Part shown: piece after piece, positions 49,401-57,890 of the stretch
How positions within the stretch are numbered: the first letter of the stretch is position 1
Layout of the letters: each line of letters begins with the position of its first letter
DNA from: Candidatus Latescibacterota bacterium
Lineage (GTDB): Bacteria > Latescibacterota > UBA2968 > UBA8231
Assembly: GCA_965261395.1 (NCBI GenBank)
Contig: OZ253462.1
Coordinates: 1,760,001 to 1,824,000 of the forward strand
Reading direction: 5' to 3'
DNA: 64,000 nucleotides
The notes under the pieces: model-generated
What the model was told of the DNA's origin: nothing
Seen by the model: only the letters and a program-made list of their open reading frames with translations
Databases searched by the model: none
Translations under genes and position numbers: made by a program

Positions 49401-51304
49401 CCGTTCTCGTGATGTCGATCATCTCCGGCCGCTTCAACGAGCAGATGAAGAAGCTGCGCACCGAGGTGGCCGTGATCCACGACACGGACGTCAGCCGCTC
49501 TTCGGCTTCGGTGACGGCTTTCCAGCTCGGGATTTCCAATATGAAGCGGCGCAAGACGCGCACGGTTCTCACCTTTACCACGCTGTTGCTGCTGACCTTT
49601 ACGGTGCTCTCCTTCACTTCCATCCGCACGGGCCTGCGGTTCAACCAAATCAACCGCGACAATGAGGGTCTCTACGAGGGCATCCTAATCCGCAGTAAGG
49701 CGTGGAATCCGATGGAGGATTCAGTCCTCGAATACGCCCGCAGCAATTTCGGTGATCGGGCCGCAGTCGCGCCGCGCAGTTGGTATAGCAACAAGGCCAA
49801 GGCGCACATCAAAATAAAACACGGCGACAAGGCCCATAACGCGCTCGGCGTCCTCGGATTGACCCCGGAGGAAACCGAGGTCACCGGGCTGCACCAAGCC
49901 CTAGTCGCCGGGCGGTGGTTTGAGCCGGGCGAGGGCAAGGTCTGCATCCTGCCCATCGACATGGTCAAAGAGGCCCATCTCGACATCGACCTCGCCGATG
50001 TCGGCCAAGCGCAGGTCCGCATTTTCGGCGACTTGTTCACGGTCGTTGGCGTCCTCGACTCCAAGCGGATGAAGGACCTCAAAGACCTCGACGATGAAAT
50101 CCTGACGCCAGCCGACTTCGCCGTCACCGGCGGCCAAGCCGTGCAGGAAATCGCCGAGGAAGAAAAGCGCGAGAAGCAGGGCTTGGAGGACGCCAAGGTC
50201 GTCATCAAGCCCTTTGTCCATCTAGAACCGGCCAACATCCTAATCGCGCCCTACCACACGCTGCGCAACGTCGGCAGCGGCAACCCCCTGCAATCCGTGG
50301 CCGTGCGCTTTCCCGAGGGCAGCGACGTGCGCGGCGAGGTCGAGGAGTTCCTCTCGCGCCTCGCGGTGACGCTGTTCGCCGGAGTCAAGGAGCCCGGCGA
50401 TGAATACATCAAGGTGTCGATCTATTCATCGCTGGGGATGACCTCCTTTTCCGGGATGAGCAACTTGTTCATACCCATGCTGATCGCCTCGCTAATCGTG
50501 CTCAACACCATGATGGGCAGCGTGTACGAGCGCTTCCGCGAAATCGGCATCTATTCTTCGGTGGGCCTAGCCCCCGGCCATATCTCTTGGCTCTTTATCG
50601 CCGAGAGCTGCGTCTATTCGGTGCTGGGCGTCGTCGCCGGTTATCTCAGCGGCCAAGTAGTCGCCAAAGTGCTCATCGAGTTCGACCTGCTGGGTGGCTT
50701 CACGCTCAACTACTCCTCAGTGGCCGCGGTGCTCTCCTGTATGCTGGTGATGGCCGTGGTCATGCTCTCGACGATCTATCCAGCGCGCAAGGCTTCGCAG
50801 ATGGCCGTGCCGGACGTGACCCGCAAGTGGAAGCTGCCGCCGCCCGACGGCGACCAATGGGATTTCGAGTTCCCTTTTACGGTCAGCGGCCACGAGGTCT
50901 TGGGCTTGAGCGTATTCCTCATTGGCTACTTCGACTCCTACAGCGAGGAGTCCATCGGCACCTTCTACACCGACGGTGCCCAGCTAAGCCGCGAAGAAAC
51001 GCCCAACGGCGAAGGGTACCTCATCGACATGAATATCTGGCTGGCTCCTTTCGATTTGGGCGTCAGCCAACACGTCACCGTGCAGGCTATGCCAGAGGCC
51101 GAGCACAACATTTACGCAGTCGGCCTGCAAATCAAGCGACTCAGCGGCGAGGACGCCTCGTGGCGGAGGGTCAACCAGCGCTTTATGAACGTCATCCGCA
51201 AACAGTTCCTCATCTGGCGCACGGTGGATGCCGAGGCCAAAGAAGGCTACCGCCAACAGGGTGCGGAAATTTTGCAAGGACTGCGCAGCGAAGTGTCGGC
51301 GTAA
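46478..51304 (+). CDS. Large fusion: signal peptide, PA/M28-peptidase-like domain, Ig-like region, TM block, and MacB/FtsX-like permease with C-terminal domain
   Basis: SR.AGYPG, NI.G.IPG, YYD..S.VP.LAPGAE; N..RRK.RT.LT; V.ER.REIGI...VG......LF..E. Confidence 0.82.
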   Translation: MPKFAVRWMAFGWVLAGATLAQAEVDFAELARTTPVERVQQTMDTFASLGSRIAGYPGADQAAQIVQERFRAIGLDDITIHEYDVSIPVDKGGFLRVVESGEQVPIHGLWPNLVKTSTLPEGGVTGRLIDAGAGEYADMDGKQVEGAVALMDFNSGDAWLNAAYLGAQAIVFIEPDSTVYLEGEKKFLSMPLDLPRFWINRQAGQHLRRQLAAEGEQTLHLEYRMDWERRPAWNILGTIPGYDPLMKEDVIVLEAYYDAMSVVPALAPGAEQASSITALLELARYFRANPPARTVVFLATSAHHLGLRGVDDFIQRYLRKEDPFIEHMLVRRVVDAALARNMIAQDGIHYAIGEEEFTGKEALVRSVAEGRTDLAAHIAAAALTEGLLGQEEDASSSSWGLWKKTIEGIKGLLSRGEGALHLAGKQFENRHELVDQLDSDDDLRLALYKRWVDPKVDSLAVKLFISLDLSSQTDELGVWNSNTSFYYKRYFAPFGKNFMAYARKISRELNYQRRDVLVNGISPEGGMSWQTFVPGEISVNSELVLATGTPALAFVTVNDARFLVDTPLDRAEHVNHANLAKQIRVLAGMFEMAFEDPELFPDFKMRLRDNLRSLRGRTMVFPRRSIIPDLPRADAVAVVRNGKKKSYKGVRGEYYEVVDDKGAFYVNRVRVNNVQIEGYYMDPITGRITYAPDRGVQGDEIYPMKVSMDWRDKQWMVILFPCVPYNFFDIVDPRYLTKLSNVQVFDETNGAPVEYGYTIGEGPSAQNEPVGVLFARPGSRIKMGFGAGLLGFRSLLLNATSATDKDKAEGEGFEIRPGTSFARTTFQAAQDMWNLDESRMRELRSFAIENQRLNDLHYRAKTELDQAATAGAEQRWRDFVRHTRAGFGLESRAYPDVKSTQNDVVQGIIFFMALVIPCAFFTERLIFTAATIRNQIIGFVGVFLVIWIVLWMVHPAFQLSNPFVILLAFIIIALAVLVMSIISGRFNEQMKKLRTEVAVIHDTDVSRSSASVTAFQLGISNMKRRKTRTVLTFTTLLLLTFTVLSFTSIRTGLRFNQINRDNEGLYEGILIRSKAWNPMEDSVLEYARSNFGDRAAVAPRSWYSNKAKAHIKIKHGDKAHNALGVLGLTPEETEVTGLHQALVAGRWFEPGEGKVCILPIDMVKEAHLDIDLADVGQAQVRIFGDLFTVVGVLDSKRMKDLKDLDDEILTPADFAVTGGQAVQEIAEEEKREKQGLEDAKVVIKPFVHLEPANILIAPYHTLRNVGSGNPLQSVAVRFPEGSDVRGEVEEFLSRLAVTLFAGVKEPGDEYIKVSIYSSLGMTSFSGMSNLFIPMLIASLIVLNTMMGSVYERFREIGIYSSVGLAPGHISWLFIAESCVYSVLGVVAGYLSGQVVAKVLIEFDLLGGFTLNYSSVAAVLSCMLVMAVVMLSTIYPARKASQMAVPDVTRKWKLPPPDGDQWDFEFPFTVSGHEVLGLSVFLIGYFDSYSEESIGTFYTDGAQLSREETPNGEGYLIDMNIWLAPFDLGVSQHVTVQAMPEAEHNIYAVGLQIKRLSGEDASWRRVNQRFMNVIRKQFLIWRTVDAEAKEGYRQQGAEILQGLRSEVSA

Positions 51305-51317
51305 GGGAGGATAGCGA

Positions 51318-53738
51318 GTGCTCGGAAGCAAAAATAGAAACCCGAACCAAGAGATCGAAGAATATCGGGATCTAATGCAGGTCCCGGACCGCTTCGAGAA
51401 CGGCTTTACGATCAAGGCCATCCTCGGCGTGTTCTTCGTTGCCTTTATCATGGTGCCGGGCAACATGTACTTGAGCCTGATGATCGGCGGCTCGCTAGGG
51501 GCGGCGGCCGAGTGGGTGACGATCATCCTCTTCGCCGAAATCACCAAGCGCTCCTTTTCCACCCTCCGGCGCCAAGAAGTCTACGTGCTGTTCTACGTGG
51601 CCGCCTCGCTGATTGCCGCTGAGACCGGTGCCTTTGAGGGCTTGCTCTACAACCAGTACTTGGTGCAATCGCCAGCGGCCAAGCAGTTTGGCATCGCCAA
51701 GCTGATCCCCACCTGGGTGGCACCGCCAGTCGACTCCCAAGCCATCCTCGAGCGGACCTTTCTGCACGCGGATTGGGCGATGCCGATCGTACTCTTGGTC
51801 TTGGGGATGATCATCTGGCGCGTCAACTGGTTTACCATGTCGTACGCGCTCTTCCGGCTCAACTCCGACTACGAGCGCCTGCCCTTTCCCTTCGCGCCCG
51901 TAAACGCCCAAGGCGCTACGGCACTGGCCGAGACTACCCAAGGACTTGAGACTTGGCGCTGGCGGGTATTCTCGGCGGGGGCAATGATCGGCTTGGTTTT
52001 TGGCACGATCTACGTGGCCCTGCCGGCGATTACCGGCGCACTGCTGACCGAGCCGATCCAACTCATACCCATTCCCTTTGTTGACTTCACGCAAGTCACC
52101 GGCAACTTCATCCCGGCAACTCCGCTGGGATTTACCGCGCACTTGGGGCCGATCTTCGTCGGTTTAGTAGTGCCGTTCTGGGGCGTGGTTGGCACCTTTA
52201 TCGGCATCGTCGTCGCCGCCATTGCCAACCCGCTGCTCTATACTTGGACGCCTTCGTGGCGCGAGGAGCCTTACCTGAACCTGTGGCGGCAAGGCATGGG
52301 CTCGATAGATACCTTCTTCGTCAACAACGTTGATTTCTGGATGAGCTTTGGCATCGGCACCACCATCGCTATCGCCATCATCGGCATCTATCAGGTAGTT
52401 CAGAGCGTGCGTGGAGCCAGGGCCAACACCGGGGAGGAAGGCGAGCCCAAGCGCAGTTTCGCCACCCCCGAGGGCCGCGGCGATTTTCCCATCTGGGTGG
52501 CGCTAGCCCTGTACGCCTTGGCCACGGCCGGCCTGATCGGCATCGCCGCTTGGCTGCTGCCGGGCATTGCCCAATTTATATGGTTTTTCCTCTTTTTTGG
52601 TTTCGTATTCACGCCCTTTCAGTCCTTTGTCAACGCTCGCCTAGTCGGGATGGTAGGGCAGACGGTGGACATCCCCTTCGTGCGCGAGGCGACGATTATT
52701 CTCTCTGGGTATCGCGGCGTTGACATCTGGTTCATTCCGTTTCCCTTGGGCAACTACGGTGCCCAGACCCAGAAGTTCCGCGAGATCGAATTAACCGGCA
52801 CCCAGTTTACCAGCATCATCCGCGCCGAGATTTTCATGGTGCCAATCGTGCTCTTTACCAGTTTTCTCTACGGCTCCTATATCTGGAAACTGGCACCGAT
52901 CCCATCGGCATCCTATCCCTATGCCCAGCTATTCTGGCGGCTGCGGGCCTATCAGCAATGCCTCTTTATTACCGGCACCATGCGCAGCGAACTCGCCATA
53001 GACAACGATCGGGCGGGATGGACCCCGGCTAACCTGATCGAGAACGAGTGGTGGTACTGGCGGGTGCGGTTGGTGGATCAGGAGTGGCTGGACTCCAATG
53101 GCAAGCTCGGTCAAATCGGCCCGTGGATGCCGACCCAAGTTTTCTACTCGTACTTCGACCAAGGGTCACCCGACATCGTCGCCGAACGCTACCTGCGCGA
53201 CGAGCAGCTAGCCGAAGAGGACATTGTCGCGGGCTTGCCGGCAATTGCGCCGCTAGGGCCGGCCATGGACACCGTCATCCGCGACCCCCGCCCAACCCTC
53301 GAAGTGAAGGTCGGGCGAGCCGTGCCCGCGGGATGGTCCTTCTACTTCGAGGTCGATGCCGATCCGCTCTTTACCAGTTCCTGGATCCAGCGTTCCACCG
53401 ACGAGCCTTGGCTGTATAAAGCGCTCAAGCCAGAGGTCATGGCCTTCGGAGCCGGCTTCGGGCTGGTGAGTTTCATTCTGCTCTCCATCCTCGGGCTGCC
53501 GATCCTGTTGATCTTTGGCTTCGTGCGCTCGCTGACGGTCCTGCCGCATCTTGTGGTGACCGAGATCGTCGGCGCGCTCTTGGCTCGCTACTACTTCTGG
53601 AACAAGTACGGGCGACAGGAGTGGCGACAGTTTGCCCCGATTCTGGCGGTGGGCTTCTCCTGCGGCATGGCATTGATGGGGATGGCGGCGGTGGGGGTCG
53701 CCCTGATCCAGAAATCGGTCTCCGTGCTGATCTTCTAG
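51318..53738 (+). CDS. OPT-like 'peptide transporter' membrane protein with a soluble insert
   Basis: GFTIKA..G..F, EWVT.ILF.E, ERLPFP.AP and IPS..YP motifs; RBS AAGGGAGG. Confidence 0.78.
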   Translation: MLGSKNRNPNQEIEEYRDLMQVPDRFENGFTIKAILGVFFVAFIMVPGNMYLSLMIGGSLGAAAEWVTIILFAEITKRSFSTLRRQEVYVLFYVAASLIAAETGAFEGLLYNQYLVQSPAAKQFGIAKLIPTWVAPPVDSQAILERTFLHADWAMPIVLLVLGMIIWRVNWFTMSYALFRLNSDYERLPFPFAPVNAQGATALAETTQGLETWRWRVFSAGAMIGLVFGTIYVALPAITGALLTEPIQLIPIPFVDFTQVTGNFIPATPLGFTAHLGPIFVGLVVPFWGVVGTFIGIVVAAIANPLLYTWTPSWREEPYLNLWRQGMGSIDTFFVNNVDFWMSFGIGTTIAIAIIGIYQVVQSVRGARANTGEEGEPKRSFATPEGRGDFPIWVALALYALATAGLIGIAAWLLPGIAQFIWFFLFFGFVFTPFQSFVNARLVGMVGQTVDIPFVREATIILSGYRGVDIWFIPFPLGNYGAQTQKFREIELTGTQFTSIIRAEIFMVPIVLFTSFLYGSYIWKLAPIPSASYPYAQLFWRLRAYQQCLFITGTMRSELAIDNDRAGWTPANLIENEWWYWRVRLVDQEWLDSNGKLGQIGPWMPTQVFYSYFDQGSPDIVAERYLRDEQLAEEDIVAGLPAIAPLGPAMDTVIRDPRPTLEVKVGRAVPAGWSFYFEVDADPLFTSSWIQRSTDEPWLYKALKPEVMAFGAGFGLVSFILLSILGLPILLIFGFVRSLTVLPHLVVTEIVGALLARYYFWNKYGRQEWRQFAPILAVGFSCGMALMGMAAVGVALIQKSVSVLIF

Positions 53739-53739
53739 C

Positions 53740-54732
53740 ATGAGCGATCGGGTGGATTTTGCTTGGCAAGGACTGCGGTTGTCCGTGCCTGACGACTGGA
53801 ATCTCGGCCGAGTTGACGGGGATTTTGAAAAGGGCTATGCCCGCCTCGACGACGCCGAAATCGTGCGCGCCGAGATCGAATGGCGGCGTCTCAAAGGCCG
53901 CGGCGAGGCCCTGCGCCTGACCGAGCTGGTAGATCGCTACTTGGCCAACTTGCAAAAGAAGGCCCAAAAGGTCGATGCCCCCTTTGAGGTCCAGCGCCGC
54001 GCCCGATTCCTCAAAAACAAGAAATTCCTCGAAGGCCGCGACTACGAGGTCTTCATCTGGGAGGCCGACTTTCGCGCATACAATCTAGCGCTCGCCTTGA
54101 AGTCCGGGCGGGTAGTGCTCCTGAGAGTGCTGGCTAGGCTAGACGAGTCCCTGCCCGAGCAAGCCGAGGCCGTGTTCAGCTCGCTCGTCGACCAAGAAGG
54201 CGAGGCCGCCTACCTGTGGAGCGTGTACGGCTTGCGGTTTTTCGCGCCCAGCGACCTCAAGCTACAAAGCCATGCCCTCAAGTCGGGCCACATCCAGCTA
54301 GAGTTTACCCTCGGCAAACAGGTTCTGCGGGTGCATCGGTTGAGCATGGCCCGAATCATGCTCAAAGAAGCGCACATTCAAGACTGGTATCCGGTTTTTT
54401 TTAAGAAGCAATTGCGCGACTTCGTGGTGGACATTGCTCCAGAGGCCGTGCAGGAACACGAGGGCATTCGCGTCGAGGGGCGGCCGCGCAGCCGCTGGCG
54501 TCAGTTGATCCGTCCCCTGCCCTTTATGAACCCGAGGCCGCGCCTGTATCTGCGAGGGCGCGTCTGGCGCGATGCTAGCCTCGACAAGATCTTCATCGTC
54601 GAGCACCTCTACCGCAAGAAAGACACAGCAGACGAGCTAGTCTCCAAGGTAGTAGATGGGCATTTTATCGAAAGACAAGGGACCCAAGCTGAGCCGGGCC
54701 GCCATGCTGGCGTCGCGGCCAACACGCAATGA
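53740..54732 (+). CDS. Hypothetical cytoplasmic protein with two PsbP/DcrB-like halves
   Basis: Internal repeat FAWQGLRLSVPDDW / WSVYGLRFFAPSDL; starts 1 bp after the upstream stop. Confidence 0.7.
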   Translation: MSDRVDFAWQGLRLSVPDDWNLGRVDGDFEKGYARLDDAEIVRAEIEWRRLKGRGEALRLTELVDRYLANLQKKAQKVDAPFEVQRRARFLKNKKFLEGRDYEVFIWEADFRAYNLALALKSGRVVLLRVLARLDESLPEQAEAVFSSLVDQEGEAAYLWSVYGLRFFAPSDLKLQSHALKSGHIQLEFTLGKQVLRVHRLSMARIMLKEAHIQDWYPVFFKKQLRDFVVDIAPEAVQEHEGIRVEGRPRSRWRQLIRPLPFMNPRPRLYLRGRVWRDASLDKIFIVEHLYRKKDTADELVSKVVDGHFIERQGTQAEPGRHAGVAANTQ

Positions 54733-55087
54733 GTCCCTGAGTTGGGAGAACAACGACAACGGCGAGGTTCAGGTCTCAATAAAGCGCCAAGAGACCTGGA
54801 AGGTGAGGCTGCTGTCCAAGTTTTTCTACATACCCAGGCAGCGCAAAATCACCCTCGACGAGGTCGGCAGCGAGGTCTGGCGGATGTGCAACGGCCGCAG
54901 TTCGGTCGGCGAGATGATAGAAGAGCTCAGCGACAAGTACCAGCTCAACCGCAAGGAGGCCGAGGTCTCTCTGCTCCAATATTTGAAAACTCTCGGGCAG
55001 AAGCGCTTTATCGGCTTTGTGCTAGCAGGCGACGAGAGGCCGCCCGATCGCGGCACGGCCAGCGGCAAAAAATGGCAAAAGAAATAG
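54656..55087 (+). CDS. PqqD family protein (RiPP recognition element)
   Basis: LDEVGSEVW..C.G..SV.E....L...Y......AE.....YL..L.....I pattern. Confidence 0.85.
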   Translation: MGILSKDKGPKLSRAAMLASRPTRNESLSWENNDNGEVQVSIKRQETWKVRLLSKFFYIPRQRKITLDEVGSEVWRMCNGRSSVGEMIEELSDKYQLNRKEAEVSLLQYLKTLGQKRFIGFVLAGDERPPDRGTASGKKWQKK

Positions 55088-55692
55088 AGAGGGGCGAGCA
55101 ATTAGCTCGTCCCTCTTTTAGTCTGCACCCGCACCGAGTCGCACGCTTCCTCTCGCACTTGCTCAATCCCGCGTTGTTGGCGCTGTTGGTCTTTGGCGTC
55201 CAAGCGCACGTGCTGGGCGACTGGCGCGGTGGCGCGGTGGCCATTGGCACCTTCTCTGTTGTACCTGGGTTGCTACTCTGGCACTTGGTGCGCTCGGGCT
55301 ATCTCGATAAAGCCTATACAGACGACCGCAACAAACGCGGCACCCTGCTCTTGTTGGGCGCTTGTTGCTACGCTTTGGGGGGAGCGGCCCTTTACGGGAT
55401 CAGTGTCCCGCCCCTGATGCTGGTCACAGCCGCGTCCTGTGTCATCAACACGCTCTTGGTCTGGTGGATCAATCGCTCCTATAAGATCAGCATTCACGCG
55501 GCTGGCGTCGGAGGGGCGACCTACATATTGTTGATCAGCGTCGGCAGTGCGGCGTGGCCCTTTTTGCTAAGTTGGCCGGCCGTCGCCTGGGCGCGGCTTT
55601 ACTTGCGGGCGCATACTCCCATGCAACTCGGCGCGGGCGGTGCGCTGGGCGTTGGGAGTACGGCACTACTGTACAATGCTTTCATGTTGTGA
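55072..55692 (+). CDS. PAP2-superfamily-like membrane protein
   Basis: KISIHAAG and WARLYLRAHT..Q...G motifs; about 6 TM segments; start uncertain. Confidence 0.7.
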   Translation: MAKEIERGEQLARPSFSLHPHRVARFLSHLLNPALLALLVFGVQAHVLGDWRGGAVAIGTFSVVPGLLLWHLVRSGYLDKAYTDDRNKRGTLLLLGACCYALGGAALYGISVPPLMLVTAASCVINTLLVWWINRSYKISIHAAGVGGATYILLISVGSAAWPFLLSWPAVAWARLYLRAHTPMQLGAGGALGVGSTALLYNAFML

Positions 55693-55701
55693 GCACGGCA
55701 C

Positions 55702-57876
55702 ATGAACCAATCGTATAAGGGCTTTATAGATCGCCTGACCTACCACAACCCGGAAAACGGCTATACCATTGCGCGCTTAGTCGTCGAGGGCCAGCGGGAG
55801 CGGATCGCCATCGTGGGGGCTATTGCCTCCATCCAAGAGGGCGAGAGCATCGAAGTCGAAGGCGTGTGGACCAATCATCCCCAATACGGCAAACAGCTCA
55901 AGGTGGAGCGCTATAAGGCCGTTTATCCCTCGACCCTCGAGGGGATGCAAAAGTACCTCGGGTCCGGTTTGATCAAAGGCGTCGGGCCGAGGTCGGCCAA
56001 GCGCATCGTCGATCACTTTGGCGCGGAAACGCTCGACATCATCGACGCGGATCCCCACCGGCTAGCGGAGGTGCCCAAGCTGGGCAAAAAGAGAGTCGAG
56101 CTGATTGCCGAGGCTTGGGACGAGCAGCGGCACATCAAGGACGTGATGGTCTTTTTGCAGTCGCACGGGATTACCACCGGCTACGCGGTGAAAATTTTCA
56201 AGACCTACGGCCAAGAGGCCATTCACAAGGTGCGCAGCGATCCCTATCGCCTAGAGCGCGATGTGGATGGGATCGGCTTCCGCATCGCCGACCGCATTGC
56301 CCAGCGCTTGGGCCTAGACCACGATGCACCCGAGCGCGTGCAGGCCGGCATCCGCTACCTGCTCTCCGAAGCGGCCGACGAAGGCCACGTGTATCTGCCG
56401 GCCGTCGAAATGATGGAGCGGGCCGTCGAAATTTTGGACATCAACGCCGAACTGCTGCCGCAGGCATTAGAGGCCCTGCGCGCCAGTGACGGAGCAGTCA
56501 CCGAAGATCTGCGATACTATCTGCCGCCGCTTCACCGCTCCGAAGTGGGTGCAGCATCGTCGCTAAAGCGGCTTTTGCGAGCGCCGGCCGAAGCGTTGGC
56601 CGTGCCCGCAGAAGCGGAGGACGGGCTGGAATTGGCCCCGGCGCAAATACAGGCCGTGGAACTGGTCGCCACCAGCAAGGTGCTGGTGCTAACCGGCGGG
56701 CCGGGCACCGGCAAGACTACGGTCACGCGGCGCATTTTGCACCTCTTGGAGGAAGGTGGCCTCAAAGTCGGGCTGTGTTCGCCTACGGGCCGCGCCGCCA
56801 AGCGACTGAGCGAGGCCAGCGGGCGCGAGGCCAAGACCATTCATCGGCTGCTGGGATTTCAGCCGGGTGAGCGGCAATTCAAAAAGGGCTACGACGACCG
56901 CCTCGAACTCGATGCGCTGATCGTCGACGAGGCTTCGATGATCGACGTGGTGCTGATGAACGCGCTCCTGCGCTCCCTGCCCGACCACGCTCGGCTGGTG
57001 CTAGTCGGCGACATCGACCAGTTGCCCTCGGTGGGGCCGGGCAACGTGCTCCGCGACATCATCGACTCTGCAAAAGTGCCGGTGGTGCGCCTGACGCAGA
57101 TTTTTCGCCAAGCCGAAAAAAGCCACATCATCCGCAACGCGCACCGCATCAACAGTGGTGAGATGCCCATCGTCGAGAACCATGCGGACGCGGATTTCTA
57201 CTTCATCCAAGAAGGCGACCCAGAGCGGGTAGTCGAGCTGGTGGAAGAGTTGTGCGCCACGCGGCTGCCCAGCTATCGGGAGTGGGATCGGCGCGCCGAC
57301 ATCCAAGTGCTTGCGCCCATGTACCGCGGCGAGACCGGCGCGCTCAACCTCAACCAGCGGCTGCAACAGCGCCTCAACCCGCACGGCCAAGTGCACCGCC
57401 ATCGCGGGGCTGAGTTCCGGGTCGGCGACAAGGTCATGCAGGTCAAAAACAACTACGACAAGGGCGTTTTTAACGGCGACATCGGCACGGTCGAGCGGCT
57501 CGACGCAGAAAAGCAGGTCCTCTACGTGCGCTTTGACTACACCTTGGAATACGATCAAGTCGATCTCGACCAGCTCACCCTCGCCTACGCCATCAGCATC
57601 CACCGCTCTCAGGGGTCGGAATTTCCCGTGGTGGTGCTGCCGCTAACGACGCAGCACTACGTGATGCTCCAGCGCAACCTGCTCTACACGGCGATTACCC
57701 GCGCCAAGCAAATGGTTGTCATCGTCGGCACCCCCAAGGCCCTCAAGCTGGCCATTGCCAACGACAAGGTCGCCCAGCGCTACACCACGCTCAAAGAGCG
57801 GCTGCGCGGCGAGGTCGGCGCGGTGATGGAAGCAGGACAAGCCATCCCGCTGGAACCGACACTGCCGAGCGATTGA
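55702..57876 (+). CDS. recD2: ATP-dependent RecD-like DNA helicase
   Basis: KGVG HhH, TGGPGTGKT, PTGRAAKR, DEASM, GD..QLPSVG, H.SQGSEF and LYTA.TRA motifs. Confidence 0.95.
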   Translation: MNQSYKGFIDRLTYHNPENGYTIARLVVEGQRERIAIVGAIASIQEGESIEVEGVWTNHPQYGKQLKVERYKAVYPSTLEGMQKYLGSGLIKGVGPRSAKRIVDHFGAETLDIIDADPHRLAEVPKLGKKRVELIAEAWDEQRHIKDVMVFLQSHGITTGYAVKIFKTYGQEAIHKVRSDPYRLERDVDGIGFRIADRIAQRLGLDHDAPERVQAGIRYLLSEAADEGHVYLPAVEMMERAVEILDINAELLPQALEALRASDGAVTEDLRYYLPPLHRSEVGAASSLKRLLRAPAEALAVPAEAEDGLELAPAQIQAVELVATSKVLVLTGGPGTGKTTVTRRILHLLEEGGLKVGLCSPTGRAAKRLSEASGREAKTIHRLLGFQPGERQFKKGYDDRLELDALIVDEASMIDVVLMNALLRSLPDHARLVLVGDIDQLPSVGPGNVLRDIIDSAKVPVVRLTQIFRQAEKSHIIRNAHRINSGEMPIVENHADADFYFIQEGDPERVVELVEELCATRLPSYREWDRRADIQVLAPMYRGETGALNLNQRLQQRLNPHGQVHRHRGAEFRVGDKVMQVKNNYDKGVFNGDIGTVERLDAEKQVLYVRFDYTLEYDQVDLDQLTLAYAISIHRSQGSEFPVVVLPLTTQHYVMLQRNLLYTAITRAKQMVVIVGTPKALKLAIANDKVAQRYTTLKERLRGEVGAVMEAGQAIPLEPTLPSD

Positions 57877-57890
57877 TCCGTGGCGGGCCC

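Noticed and set aside
43552-55692. PQQ or RiPP biosynthetic cluster
   Set aside because: PqqD is present, but no precursor peptide, radical SAM enzyme, PqqB/C/E or other maturase is seen.
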